A stretch of DNA of 63,586 nt, counting the filler, from Octopus bimaculoides (Eukaryota): assembly GCF_001194135.2 (NCBI RefSeq). It is 7 parts of 6 records of this genome, joined end to end, with 100 filler letters (N's around TTAATTAATTAA, not from the genome) between each part and the next. Parts side by side here need not be neighbours in the genome. Positions count along the whole stretch, not along the records: positions 1 to 23,229 come from NC_069006.1; 6 more parts are not named here. One strand, 5' to 3'. Below the pieces are notes generated by a model. It had not been told where the DNA came from. It worked only from the letters and a program-made list of their open reading frames with translations, and ran no database searches. Positions 11,606-22,330 of this stretch are shown in pieces. Each line of letters starts with the position of its first letter. The stretch's first letter is position 1. The position numbers and the translations under genes were made by a program.

Positions 11606-14600
11606 ATAATAATAATAATAATAATCATCATCATCATCGTCGTTTAACGTCCGCGGACGTTAAATGATGATGTAATTATTTAGTTTTGGATTGTTTAGTC
11701 TAGGGTTGGTGTAAGAGGTTGGATCTGGTCAGTTTGAACATAAGACAGGTAGAAAATTTTGGCCAGATATGGCCAGTTTGAATGCTAAAGAGTTAAAGGT
11801 ACCCATGTCTCTAGAGTGCTCACCCACTTGCACTTTAATTTCAAGAGCAGGTTGTTCCATTGATCAGATCAACTGGAACCCTCGTCATCGTAACCGATGG
11901 AGTGACAGTTTTAAGACAGGAACACTAAGACATATGAAATTCTGTGAGTTTGAACTTAAGAATAACCCTTGGTAAATTATACCTACTCATAGTACCTGTT
12001 AGTATGAAACCCAACTGAAGAATCAGTTTCTGATTTTGTTTACATGACCAATTCTAATGTCTTTTCAGGATGGTTCCATCTTGAAGTTGACCCGAGAACT
12101 TGAAACCCTCAAAAAGGAGTCCTGGAAGAAAGAAACTAACCTGCAGCAGCTGACAACTAAGGTTTCTATCTTGATCGTTAATCTTTTGTGCTTGCTTCAG
12201 TCATTGGACTGCAGCCATTCTGGGGCACCACCTTGAAGGGTCCAGTTGAACAAATTTACAAATTGTCCCCAGAACTTATTTCTTAGAGTTTGGTATTGAT
12301 TCTATTAGTCTCTTTTTGTTGAACTGTTAAGGTACAGGGATGTAAACACCAGCTGCCAAGCAGTGGTGATGGGGGGGGGGAACAGACACAAATACACAGA
12401 CACACGGCACTCCTTCGTTGTAATTATAATTCTTGTCAACTGAAGCACATGATTTGTTTAGGTCTAATTGGCCTTTTCCATAAAGGAGGGATGGGAAATG
12501 ACTGGGGAAGACGGTACGGTGAGCCTTTCTGCTTTGCATAACCACTGACAAGGGAGGAAGTTTCATAAATACAGAAGAAAGCGATGGTCGGTGACCGATA
12601 GAGAGAGAGAGAGANNNNNNNNNNNNNNNNNNNNNNNNNNNNNNNNNNNNNNNNNNNNAGCATTACCTGACACCTTTGAGTTTTCTTGACACCCTTACCT
12701 CTGATAACCAATATATATATAGAAGCTTGCTTCCCAGCTACATGGTTTCGGGTTCAGTCCCACTGCGTGGCACCTTGGGCAAGTGTCTCCTGCTATAGCC
12801 CCGAGCCGACCGAAACTTTGTGATTGAATTTGGTAGGCGGAAGTTACTGCCGTGTGTGTATATGTCTGTGTATGTGCTTGTGTCTCTCTCCCAGAGAATG
12901 AGAGAGGGATACACACACACACACACACACACACAAACGGACATGTGTTAGTAGTATTTGTGTGCATATTCCTAGAATTTTGTGTTATTCCATGGACTGT
13001 TTTTAATCATTTTTAGTTATCTAAAGTGAAAGACGGTGCCAAGGCTGTGGAAACAAGTGAAGTGCGAGAGAAAGAAATTCGCAATCTTCAGAACAATTTG
13101 ATGTTGATGGAGAAAGAAATTGAGCAAAAGAACACTTTGGTTGGGTCACAGCAAGTGGAACTTGTTGATCTGAAAAAATTAGTCAGTGAGCAGAGGGAAG
13201 ACAAACGCCAGACTGGGGCTGAAATGGAGAAAGTTCAGTCGGAATTAGAAGACATGAAAAGAGCTGAAAGAATGGTGAGAATAGACTTGGAAAAGGCTGT
13301 CAAAAAGGTTGGTTTAAATCTTAAAGATTATTATCATTATTATTAGATGAAGGTGGCAGAATCGTTAGCATGCAGGGTGAAATGCTTAGCATTATTTCGT
13401 CCATCTTTATGTTTCGAGTTCAAATTCCTCCGAAGTGGACTTTACCGTCTATCCCTTCAGAGTCGATAAAATAAGTACCAGTTGAAAGTACTAGGGTTGA
13501 TGTAATACACTTAACCCCTCCCCCAAATTTCAAACCTTGTGTCTTCAGTAGAAAGGATTATTATTATTAGATGAGCTGGCAGAATTGTTATCATGTTGGG
13601 CAAAATGCCTTAGTGGCATTTTGCCTGTCTTCACATTCTGAGTTCAAATTCCGCCGGGGTCGACTTTGCCTTTCATCCTTTTCAGGTTGATAAAGTAAGT
13701 ACCTGTTGAGAGCTGGGGTTTGATATAACTGACTTGCCCCTCTCTGAAATTGTTGGCTTTATGCCAAAATTTCGAACCATTATTATTATCATATTCATCC
13801 ATCTCTATGTTCAGAGTTCAAATTCCGCCAAGGTCGACTTTGCCTTTCATCCTTTCAGGGTCGATTAATTAAGTGCCAGTGAAATACTGGGATCAATGTA
13901 ATCAACTTATCCCCTATCCCACCAAATTTCAGGCCTTGTGCCTTTATTAGAAAGGATTATTATCATCATCATCATTACTAAAGTAGAGAGCTAGCAGCAC
14001 CATTAGCATACTGGGCAAAACGCTTAGCGGCATTTTGTCTATCTTTATCTTCTGAGTTCAAATGCCTCTGAGGTCACCTTTCATCCTTTCAGGGTTGATG
14101 AATTAAGTACCAGTGAATACTGGGATTGATGTGATTGACTAACTCCCTCCCATAAATTTCAGACCTTGTACCTTTATTAGAAAGGGCTATTGTTGTTATT
14201 ATGACTACTGTTAATAGATTATTATTAAGGTAACAGATTATTTTCAAAACTAAAAGTAATTGAAAGAAAGGCATTGAAAATAATGGTAAGTAGCTTCTCC
14301 ATAGTTGAATAGAAATAACTTCTTCACAGTCCAATTAGCGATAAGAACATTGATAAGGCAGCTCTGCTCTGACAGTCTACTTAAGACTGGAACATGAGTG
14401 AAATAGCTCCCTATCTCAATCCCAGGCTAATTAACTCATGCGATTTGTATTTTTATTTTCAGATGGAATGTTTCCGAAGCAGAGTTTTACAAGCCATTTT
14501 CTCCGTTCCTGGCAGTGAGATTCCAAAGAAAGAGGTCAGCGACGACGATTTGATCGAGATGTTGAAAAAGATGGCTACAGCTGAATCTAAAGTGAAAGAG

Positions 14601-15442
14601 AAACTAGCCAAGATGCAGGACAAAGTAAACGATGTTTATAAGCAGAAAGAAGAATTCATTAAAGACATCCACCAGTTGGAAACTGGCTTTCAGGAATCTG
14701 TTGTAAGTTGATTCTACAGGAGTTCTAGATCAGTGGTTCTGTACGAGGGTCCATATAGCCCAGTGTGAGGGGTGTCTATATGGCTGTTGGAGGTCCTTCT
14801 AGTCTTTGGGGGTGGGATTCATATAAATTTTTGTTGTTAAAATTTATGTACAATAAAATTGGTTATACTTTTACAATAAAACAAAATACTTCAGCAATTT
14901 CTAATACAATTCCTAAAAATATTCAATTATAAAAATATAGGATTTTATTTTAACATCAAATAGCTAGGAGGGTCCAACAGAGTAAGATGGCAATCGAAGG
15001 GGTCCATAGATTAAAAATGGTTGAGAAACACTGATTTAGATATATTATTGTACTTTTTAAGTGGTACCAGTGGGATCACCAATTAACTTGCTAGACAAGA
15101 TACCCCTCCCTAACTATTAAGGGGAGAGAGGTAGCTTTATGCCAGATGATGAGAAGTTAGGAGTATGAATAGAGGGACAGAAATAGGGGCCTTGCAGCAG
15201 AGGAGATACATGACCTCCCCAGTTGAAAAATAAAGAGGAGAGGAGTGAGAAAGAGAGAGAAGATGCTAAAGATGTTTTATATACATACATATATAGACAA
15301 CAGATGTTAAATGATGATGATGATGATAAGTGTGTGTCTGTGTTTGTCACTCCAACATCACTTGACAACCGATGTTGGTGTATTTACATCTCCATAACTT
15401 AGCAGTTTGGCAAAAGAGACCAATAGAATAAGTACTAGGCTT

Positions 15443-15488
<46 letters not shown>

Positions 15489-18400
15489 AAGTACTGGAAT
15501 CAAATCATTCAACTAAAAATTCTTCGAGGCGGTGCCCCAGCATGGCCACAGTCAAATGACTGAAACAAGTAAAAGATAAAAGATATATATATATGTATAC
15601 ATACATACATATACAAAATTACAAATTGAGTGAGATCAAGAGAACCAGTCCCAGTATTTTCTTGGTCCTTGTATAGATGAGAGGTAACATTAACCCCAGC
15701 GAGATTTGAACCTAGAACCTAAAGAAGTGAAAATAAAGACCTCAGTAACATCTATTACAGTTCTCTACTTCTAACATTTCTAACCTTTTCTCATCAAACT
15801 ACCATTTTCATCAGGATTTTGAACTTTGAATTTTTTCTTTATTTTTAGGAAAGAATGAAAAACAATGGTTTGCAAAGCTGTCTTCTTTCGCAAGAAATCA
15901 AACTTTTGAAATCTGTCAGCACCGAGAAGAATTTACTGCAATTAAAAACTCTCTTTGAACAAATGGTTAAAATAGAATTGGATTGGCAGCAAAAAATTGA
16001 AGAATCTCTGGAAAAATGTGGAATCAATGTTAACATTTCTACTGAAGGTATGTTTATGGTTTTCTTATTTCTTTATTGCCCAAAAGGGGCTAAACATACA
16101 GGGGACAAACAAGGACAGACAAACGGATTAAGTCGATTACATCGACTCCAGTGCGTAACTGGTACTTAATTTATCGACTCCGAAAGGATGAAAGGCAAAG
16201 TCGACCTCGGCGGAATTTGAACTCAGAACGTAACTGCAGACGAAATACCGCTAAGCATTTCACCCGGTGTGCTAACGTTTCTGCCAGCTCACCGCCTTAT
16301 GGTTTTCTATTTGATGTTGTTGTTGTTGTATTTGCTTCCGCTGTTGTTGTTTAAACCCAAACTAGCCCTAAGCCACCAAACCTATGGCCAAAGACGTTCT
16401 AGCTATGATCATTCTGTTGTTCTCCCATTTACAATATATCTGGAACTACATTATCTAACATACCNNNNNNNNNNAGACTCCATCACTGGTTCACAAAAAC
16501 TCAGACATCTTTGGCCGATGAGTTTAGTTGATTGAATCAGTTGGCAAGAACAATTGATAACCCCTCACTTGCAGATGGTGTCTTCTTCCTATTTTCTACA
16601 ATTATAATTTATAATTTCTTATGGACAATTCAGACAAAATATTCTTCTGAAGACCAATATTGATTATCAACCCATTCATACTCTGTGTGTGTGTGTGTGT
16701 GCGCGTGCATATATATATATATATATGTATCATCATCATCGTTTAACGATGGCATGGGTTGGATGGTTTGACTGGGGACTGGCAAGCCAGGAGGCTGCAC
16801 TAGGCTCCAATCTGATCTGGCAGTGTTTCTACAGCTGGATGCCCTTCCTGACGCCAACCACTTTTGGCCTTCCAGCAGCTTCATACAGCCATCCAAATTG
16901 AAGCTAGGGCCCCTGTCTTGCAGTTGCTAGATGAATTCCAGCATGTAGATGCAGTCAGAACCCCTGATGGTGATGATGGTGATGATGATGAATCAGTTTC
17001 TTTTATGTTCACAGATCCTGCAAAACATATTGACTTCTTGCACAAGAAATGGTCTCTGGCTTTGGAGGAAAACACACAACTAAAATCTCGCATTTCAAAG
17101 AATGAGGAAAACCAGAAGTTGGAAGTTCAATCCTTGACCGAATCTTTGCAACAGGAAGCACAAGAAAGATTAAAAGAAGCCGTGGAGAAATCTGAACAAC
17201 AAGGTAAAGTTGTTGTTGAAATAATTTGTGTTATCTAGGAATTGAACCCATGACCTTATGACAACGAGCCCAACACCTTAGTCACTAGGTCACATGTCTT
17301 CATGTATATGCATAAGGGTGGGCTTAAAATACATAGGCTGACTATGAAAGAGTGATGCTAGAGCTGTGAAATCTTGCATGCATTAATTTCAACCCTTCTC
17401 TGAGTGGTTGACGTTAGGAAGGGCATCCAGCTGTAGAAACTCTGCCAGATCAGATTGGAGCCTGGTGTAGCCATCTGGTTTCACCAGTCCTCAGTCAAAT
17501 CGTCCAACCCATGCTAGCATGGAAAGCGGACGTTAAACGACGATGATGATGATGATGATGATTCTTATAAATAACTGCATTGTTTCTTTCCAGGTAAACT
17601 AACGTCTGCCTGTTAAAAGAAGACTTGAAAAGCCATCATCACTGTGATACTGGGGACCAATATCATAGTGATGATGATGATGATGATGTCGTATTTGCTG
17701 TTGATGACTTTTTTGACTAACAGGTTGCAAGTTCGGTTCTCAGCAGTGGATTTCATGTTATTTTAGTCCACCCAGCTGGGCGAAAATGAGTTACACCTGT
17801 GTTTCAAAGAGCCAGCCATGTCACACTGTGTCATGCTGAATCTCCCTGAGAATTATGTTAAGAGTATGCGTGTTCGTGGAGTACTCAGCCACTTGCATGT
17901 TAGTTTCACAATTAGGCTGTTTTGTTGATCAAATCAACTGGAACACTTGTTGTCATAGCTGACAGAGCACCAGTGTTCATTTCCCACCAAGTGGTGTTGG
18001 TTTGTTTAAATCCACTGTAACTTAGCAGTTTGGCAAAAACCCCAACACAATAAGCACCGGGCTTAAAAAATAAGTGGGCCTGATTTGTTTGACTAAACCC
18101 TTCAAGGCAGTGCCCCAGCAAAACACTAACATGTCCAAGTTCTGTAAGGCCCAGTGTGAAGGCACCACTATAGGAAGAATTTTGCTGTTCCTTGGGAGGG
18201 TCATCATGCTAATAATAAACACACACACACTGGTTCTACTTCACTTCTTTATTTTTATTTGTCAATTTATTTTTTACTTGTTTCAGTCATTGAACTATGG
18301 TCATGCTGGGGCACCACCTTGAAAGGTTTTTAGTTGAACAAATCAACTCTAGTACTTTTTTTTTAAAAGCCTGGTGCTTATTCTATCAGTCTCTTTTGCC

Positions 18401-21400
18401 AAAATGTTATCAACATTACCATCATCATCTCTATGAGCACTGCCACTACTACTACCACCACCACCATCAACATCAACATTTTAATATTCTCTTTTCCATA
18501 CTTAGATGCATTGGGCAGAGTTTATTGAGGTATATTTTCTAAGGCCAGATGCCCTTCCTGTAGCCAACCCAGACATGTTTTGCATGTATTCTTTTATAAA
18601 TGAGTTACCAGTTGAATTATATGCGAGTTATACACCGGGCCCCTCTAAGCGCAGGCATGGCTGTGTGGTAAGAAGCTTACTTCCCAATCATATTGTTCCA
18701 GGTTCAGTCCTATTTTGTGGCATCTTGGACAAGTGCCTTCAACTATAGTTTCAGGCCGACCAAAGCCTTGTGAATGGAAACTGAAAGAAGCCCATCCAAT
18801 GTATGTATGGACATATATATATATATATCATCATCATCATTTAATATTGGTTTTACATTCTGGAATGAGTTGGACAGCTTGACAGAGGCAGGCAAGGCAG
18901 AAGACTGCACCCAGCTTCACTGTCTGTTTTGGCAGGCTCTTCTTAATGCCAACCACCTTACAGAGTGGACTTATGTTATTTATATATGTGTGTGTGTGTG
19001 TGTATCTATTCCCCATCACCAACCAGTGTTGGTATGTTTACATCCCCATAACTTAGCGTCGTGGCAAAAGAGACTGATAGAATAAGTACTCAGCTAAAAA
19101 GTATTCTTCAAGGCTGTGTGCCCCAGCATGGCTGCAGTCAAATGACCGAAACGGGTAAAAGGTAAATGATAAAAGCTATTACATATACTTTACGTTAACA
19201 ATGTTGGACAGGAATGGAAGAACTAAATAAGGCGGTTGAGGAAGTGAAGCAAGCAGAAGCTGATAAACAGGAAGAGCTTCTGAAGAATGAAGAGAAGAAA
19301 TTTGAAGAATTAAATTCCACAATTATTAAACTGAAAGAGGTAAGAACAACAGAGATGGTTTATTTTATTTTACATATATATATGATGATTATGGTTCCAT
19401 TACAAATCAGGCTGAAGAGAAATAGACAGTCGGTAAGATTGTTAAATTTTGAAACCGGTTCCTGTTTAATAATGTTTCTTTTCGGTAATTTTAAATGTCT
19501 TGCCCGCTTACGTTTTGGTATCATGCTATATTTCATGTTGAGAACAATTTAGGTCTTATTAGACACAAGATGTGATCTATTTCTAGCACATTAAATGTCC
19601 ACGTTAGTGGTGAACGTCATACATATATAAATATATATATATATATGTTGTTGGCACTCCGTCGCTTACGACATCGAGGGTTCCAGTTGATCTGATCAAC
19701 GAAACAGCCTGCTCGTGAAATTAACGTGCAAGTGGCTGAGCACTCCACAGACACGTGTACCCTTAACTTATTTCTCGGGGATATTCAGCGGGACACAGAA
19801 TGTGACAAGGCTGACCCCTTTGATATACAGGCACAACAGAAACAGGAAGTAAGAGTGAGAGAAAGCTTTAGGTGTTTTCGCTCAATAAACACTCACAACG
19901 CCCGGTCTGGGAATCGAAACTGTGATCCTATGACCGCGAGTCCGCTGCCTTAACCACTGGGCCATTGCGCCTCCACACACACACATATATATATATATAT
20001 TTGTGAAGGCACGTGGCCTAATGGTCAGGGTGTTGCACTCATAATCGCTAGACTGTGGGTTCGATTCCTTGACTGGACAATGTGTTGTGTTTTTGAGCAA
20101 AACACTTTGTTTCACATTGCTCCAGTCCCTCTTTTGATCATAGGTATTGTTGGCATGCTTACCTACCCAGCAGGGTGGCGTCATTTGAAGGCTGAAACAA
20201 TGCAAAAAAAGCACATTGTGACTAGTGATGTGTAACAGTATCTGATACCCTGGTCAGTCATGTGATTCATGATAGCTATTTACTATATGAATACAGGTAC
20301 AGGTGTGGCTATATGGTTGAATGTTTGCTTCCCAAATACATGGCTCAGGGTTCAATCTGTCACTGTGTGGCACCTTGGACTTCTGCTACAGACCCAGGTT
20401 GACCAAAGCCCATTGTGTAGGTGTGGCTGTGTGGTCGGATGTTTGTTTTTATCCTTGCCTTCCTGCCTAATCAGATGTAAATATTTGCATCTCCAGTACT
20501 AAAAAGATCTAGCTATATTCTGATAAATCATGTCTGGCAGTCTATTGAACATTGTTCCATTGTGTTCTATGGCAGCTGATCAACTCCAAGGACCAAGAGA
20601 CCCAGAACAGATTAGAAGAAGTCAATAAAGTTTGGTCTCAGAATGAAGAACTTAAGGTAAGTCTTTCTCCCCCCCCATTTACTTTCATTATATAGCAATA
20701 ATTACTTTCATTTTTACTCCATCATATTTTCGAAAATTTCCCGATCAATTTTTTTTTCTATGTAGACGTTGTAGTTTCACCTGATTCATAAACATCCATG
20801 GATACAATTTTCATTAACAGTTTGCAAAGAAGTTTATAATCATAACAACATTAGCCGCAAACCACGTGCGTTTGTTTATGTTTCTGAACAAGATCGTCGC
20901 TTTCGGTAAAAGGGTTTTAGGGTTAGATTTAGGGAATTCCGTCCCTAACCGTAACCGTAACCCTAACCCTAAAACCCTTTTACGGAAACATAAACAAACG
21001 CACGTGGATTAGAAATGACATAAAATGTAATCAAAACGAAAGATCGTTTTGACTTACGGAACTGTCGTCTGAGTTCGTTAATTTCCGTGATTTTTTAATT
21101 TATTTATTTACTTTTGTTTTAAAGTGAAAGATGTAGGCTCTTTTAATTAATTAAAAAATATGTGACTCTGAGATTGAAAAGATCTCAGCTATATAAGGCA
21201 GCGACCTAACAGACTTATAAGAATTGGATGAGATATGACGGCTCGGCCGTCTCTCCCCAGTTCTTATATTAATCATTAAATCCAGAAATACAACAACACG
21301 AGGGATAACGGTAACAACAGATCAATAGTTTATTCTAGGTTAGTGTAGAGCCGTTTCGTTCCTGGGTGAATAGGCATGCCGCTAGAATACCAAGGAAGCT

Positions 21401-22330
21401 TCGACCACACGTCGGTATCGAGCTGAGAGATACGTGTTGTCGGCACCGCTGCCAGAGAGAAAAGAGATACGTGTTGTCGCTACCGCTGCTAGAGAGAAAA
21501 GAGGTCGGACGCTATTGCTTTCTCTCCACCTGTTGCATTGCGCATGCAGCTATTTCTTCGGACTCATTACGTTCTCAGTTCAAATTCCACCGATGTCACT
21601 TTTGCTTTTCTTCCTTTATGGGTCAATAAAATAATTAATACTTGAGAGCTGGGGGTCGATGCAATCAACTAGTCTCCACCCCACAAATTTCAGGCCGGCC
21701 TTGTGTAAAAAATTAGGTTCTTGTTTATTCCAACGCCTTGGCTTCGCCATCGTCCGCAGTAATGCCGCAAGCGTGCTGGCTTGTTTGAGGAGGTTCCGCT
21801 GAACCTTGTGTGTGACTAATTGAGGAACTTAGTGTTGAATTGATGGGGTTTCTTAATTCTTTCTTCCTCTTTTTACTTTGATCATGTTTGTTTTCTTCGG
21901 TTTTGTGAATGTATTTTAACGTGGTTTTGTATTATATATGTATCATACACATGTGTGTGACATCTGTAATTATTTAATTCAAATCTTAATTTCCATGGGA
22001 TATTTATAAAATAAAACTGAAAATAATTTGAAGGCTGTAAAAAAAATTTTAAAAAAATCATTCTAGATATGTATTTGTGACAGGTCTGCAAAACCCAATT
22101 GGAAAGTGAATTAGAAGAACAGCATAAGATACACCAATCAGAGAAGGAACAATTGGAAGCTGATGTACAAACGACGAAAAGTCAGAGCCAAGTGGATATA
22201 TCTGAATATAGGGAACAAATAAAGCAACATTCTATCACCATTTGTTCCTTGGAAGAGAAATTAAGCAAAGCGAAGAAGCTCAATGGGGAATATTCAGATA
22301 GAATTACCCAGCTACAAGATGACTTACACG
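5123..22330 (+). CDS. FHAD1: Forkhead-associated domain-containing protein 1 orthologue; 14 coding exons, 3' incomplete (2668 nt, ends in phase 1)
   Basis: The N-terminus MAQAYLRNSEGYCFPLSQKITTIGR...QHAMVEFN...DLNSLHGTFVNE...IQFG matches the FHAD1 FHA domain as I recall it (human [22 protein letters not shown]...). Later blocks also match FHAD1: RIDLEKAVKK|MECFRSRVLQA and EYREQIKQHSITICSLEEKL. All 13 internal introns are GT-AG with consistent phases. An in-frame TGA at 5090 lies upstream of the ATG. Confidence 0.9.
6671..6877 (+). CDS. FHAD1: FHAD1 coding exon 2, FHA core (LPTIDTQHAMVEFN...YELFMCNSPM)
   Basis: Acceptor TGACAG|, donor ATG|GTAAGT, 69 codons; FHA motifs H and DLNSxHGTFVN. Confidence 0.92.
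6944..7565 (+). mobile_element. piggyBac relic (TTAA|CCCTT left end plus C-terminal transposase fragment) in FHAD1 intron 2
   Basis: TTAACCCTTT at 6944; ORF 7209 segment ARKSVKRYKKLFFHIMDAVMLNSQNMY...FKDFHRETVCQLL resembles the piggyBac C-terminus RKSxKWYKKLFFHLLD. Confidence 0.78.
7565..7860 (+). repeat. Degenerate (GGT/AGT)n trinucleotide tract
   Basis: Seen directly. Confidence 0.9.
7962..8325 (+). CDS. FHAD1: FHAD1 coding exon 3, S/T/P-rich (VTCSEIRPLKKTAWSQ...VYSTQ)
   Basis: Acceptor TCTAG|, open 364 nt, donor G|GTAATA (phase 1). Confidence 0.8.
8348..8536. mobile_element. hAT (Charlie-like) MITE
   Basis: TIRs CAGTGCCTCTGCAAC / GTTGTGGAGCACTG; 8-bp TSD GTTTAGTA / GTTTAGCA. Confidence 0.85.
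9453..9589 (+). CDS. FHAD1: FHAD1 coding exon 4 (GDGYSLTSPS...DHMFTNK)
   Basis: Acceptor ACAACAG|, phase 1 in and phase 0 out, donor AAG|GTCAGT. Confidence 0.72.
9705..9960 (+). repeat. (CAC)n/(TAC)n trinucleotide tract
   Basis: Seen directly. Confidence 0.9.
10229..10450 (+). CDS. FHAD1: FHAD1 coding exon 5 (NNSCSVQ...GHKTVQ)
   Basis: Acceptor TTTCAG|, 74 codons, donor CAG|GTAAAT; the acceptor choice is less certain. Confidence 0.68.
10478..10853 (-). mobile_element. tRNA-derived SINE, family A, full length
   Basis: Homologous to 60540-60914; 13-bp TSD AACATACTAAAGT. Confidence 0.92.
11245..11415 (+). CDS. FHAD1: FHAD1 coding exon 6 (VLKVDSKPD...QLQREVSNK)
   Basis: Polypyrimidine tract plus ACAG|, donor AAG|GTGGGT; resembles human LKRDNAITSGMVSSLQKDI. 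Confidence 0.87.
12069..12161 (+). CDS. FHAD1: FHAD1 coding exon 7 (DGSILKLTRELETLKKESWKKETNLQQLTTK)
   Basis: Acceptor CTTTTCAG|, 31 codons, donor AAG|GTTTCT; coiled coil. Confidence 0.85.
13017..13307 (+). CDS. FHAD1: FHAD1 coding exon 8 (LSKVKDGA...RIDLEKAVKK)
   Basis: Acceptor TTTTTAG|, 97 codons, donor AAG|GTTGGT. Confidence 0.88.
13346..14195 (+). mobile_element. Head-to-tail array of four family-E SINE copies
   Basis: Four repeats of ...GGCAGAATCGTTAGC...CTGAGTTCAAATTCC...AAGTACCAG...TAGAAAGGATTATT separated by (TTA)n. Pairs also at 26880-27330 and 48745-49130; single copies at 16070-16305(-) and 22975-23229(-). Confidence 0.85.
14463..14702 (+). CDS. FHAD1: FHAD1 coding exon 9 (MECFRSRVLQ...GFQESV)
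   Basis: Acceptor TTTTCAG|, 80 codons, donor GTT|GTAAGT. Confidence 0.88.
14731..15033. mobile_element. hAT (Charlie-like) MITE
   Basis: TIRs CAGTGGTTCT / AGAAACACTG; 8-bp TSD TTCTAGAT / ATTTAGAT. Confidence 0.8.
15849..16047 (+). CDS. FHAD1: FHAD1 coding exon 10 (ERMKNNGLQSC...INVNISTE)
   Basis: Acceptor TTTTTAG|, donor AAG|GTATGT (phase 1). Confidence 0.87.
17015..17203 (+). CDS. FHAD1: FHAD1 coding exon 11 (DPAKHIDFLHKKW...EKSEQQ)
   Basis: Acceptor TTCACAG|, phase 1 at both ends, donor AAG|GTAAAG. Confidence 0.87.
17398..17560 (+). mobile_element. SINE/LINE-tail family F ending GGACGTTAAAC(GAT)n
   Basis: GGAAGGGCATCCAGCTGTAGAAAC...GATCAGATTGGAG...; near-identical copy at 46445-46598; others at 16730-16865(-) and 18830-18965(-). 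Confidence 0.8.
19212..19339 (+). CDS. FHAD1: FHAD1 coding exon 12 (GMEELNKAVEE...IIKLKE)
   Basis: Acceptor GACAG|, phase 1 in, donor GAG|GTAAGA. Confidence 0.85.
19646..19974 (-). mobile_element. SINE family A (internal deletion)
   Basis: Homologous to 60540-60914. Other partial copies: 26512-26763(-), 2160-2385, 4658-4790, 11812-11905, 17800-17975. Confidence 0.88.
20003..20270 (+). mobile_element. tRNA-derived SINE, family B
   Basis: Head GTGGCCTAATGGTCAGGGTGTTGCACTC...GGTTCGATTCC. Related copies: 2800-3063(-), 22608-22850(+, different body with a conserved-domain-like GAACTGGCGTCCCGTTCAGGG), 48395-48470. Confidence 0.75.
20576..20656 (+). CDS. FHAD1: FHAD1 coding exon 13 (LINSKDQETQNRLEEVNKVWSQNEELK)
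   Basis: Acceptor GGCAG|, 27 codons, donor AAG|GTAAGT; not in the ORF track. Confidence 0.75.
20862..21007. repeat. Hairpin/palindrome with TTAGGG-like arms
   Basis: CCACGTGCGTTTGTTTATGTTTC...GTAAAAGGGTTTTAGGGTTAG / CTAACCCTAAAACCCTTTTACGGAAACATAAACAAACGCACGTGG. Confidence 0.9.
21716..21905 (+). mobile_element. CRE-clade-like non-LTR retrotransposon 3' tip
   Basis: GSCLFQRLGFAIVRSNAASVLACLRRFR* (21716-21802) resembles the CRE-type C-terminal LFQRLSIAIQRGNAASVL motif. Confidence 0.6.
22084..22330 (+). CDS. FHAD1: FHAD1 coding exon 14 (VCKTQLESE...QLQDDLH)
   Basis: Acceptor GACAG|, donor G|GTAAAT (phase 1); contains EYREQIKQHSITICSLEEKL, matching human [20 protein letters not shown]. Confidence 0.9.

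Noticed and set aside
13346-14195. Regularly repeated units as a CRISPR-like array
   Set aside because: These are eukaryotic SINE copies of about 210 bp with no unique spacers or cas genes
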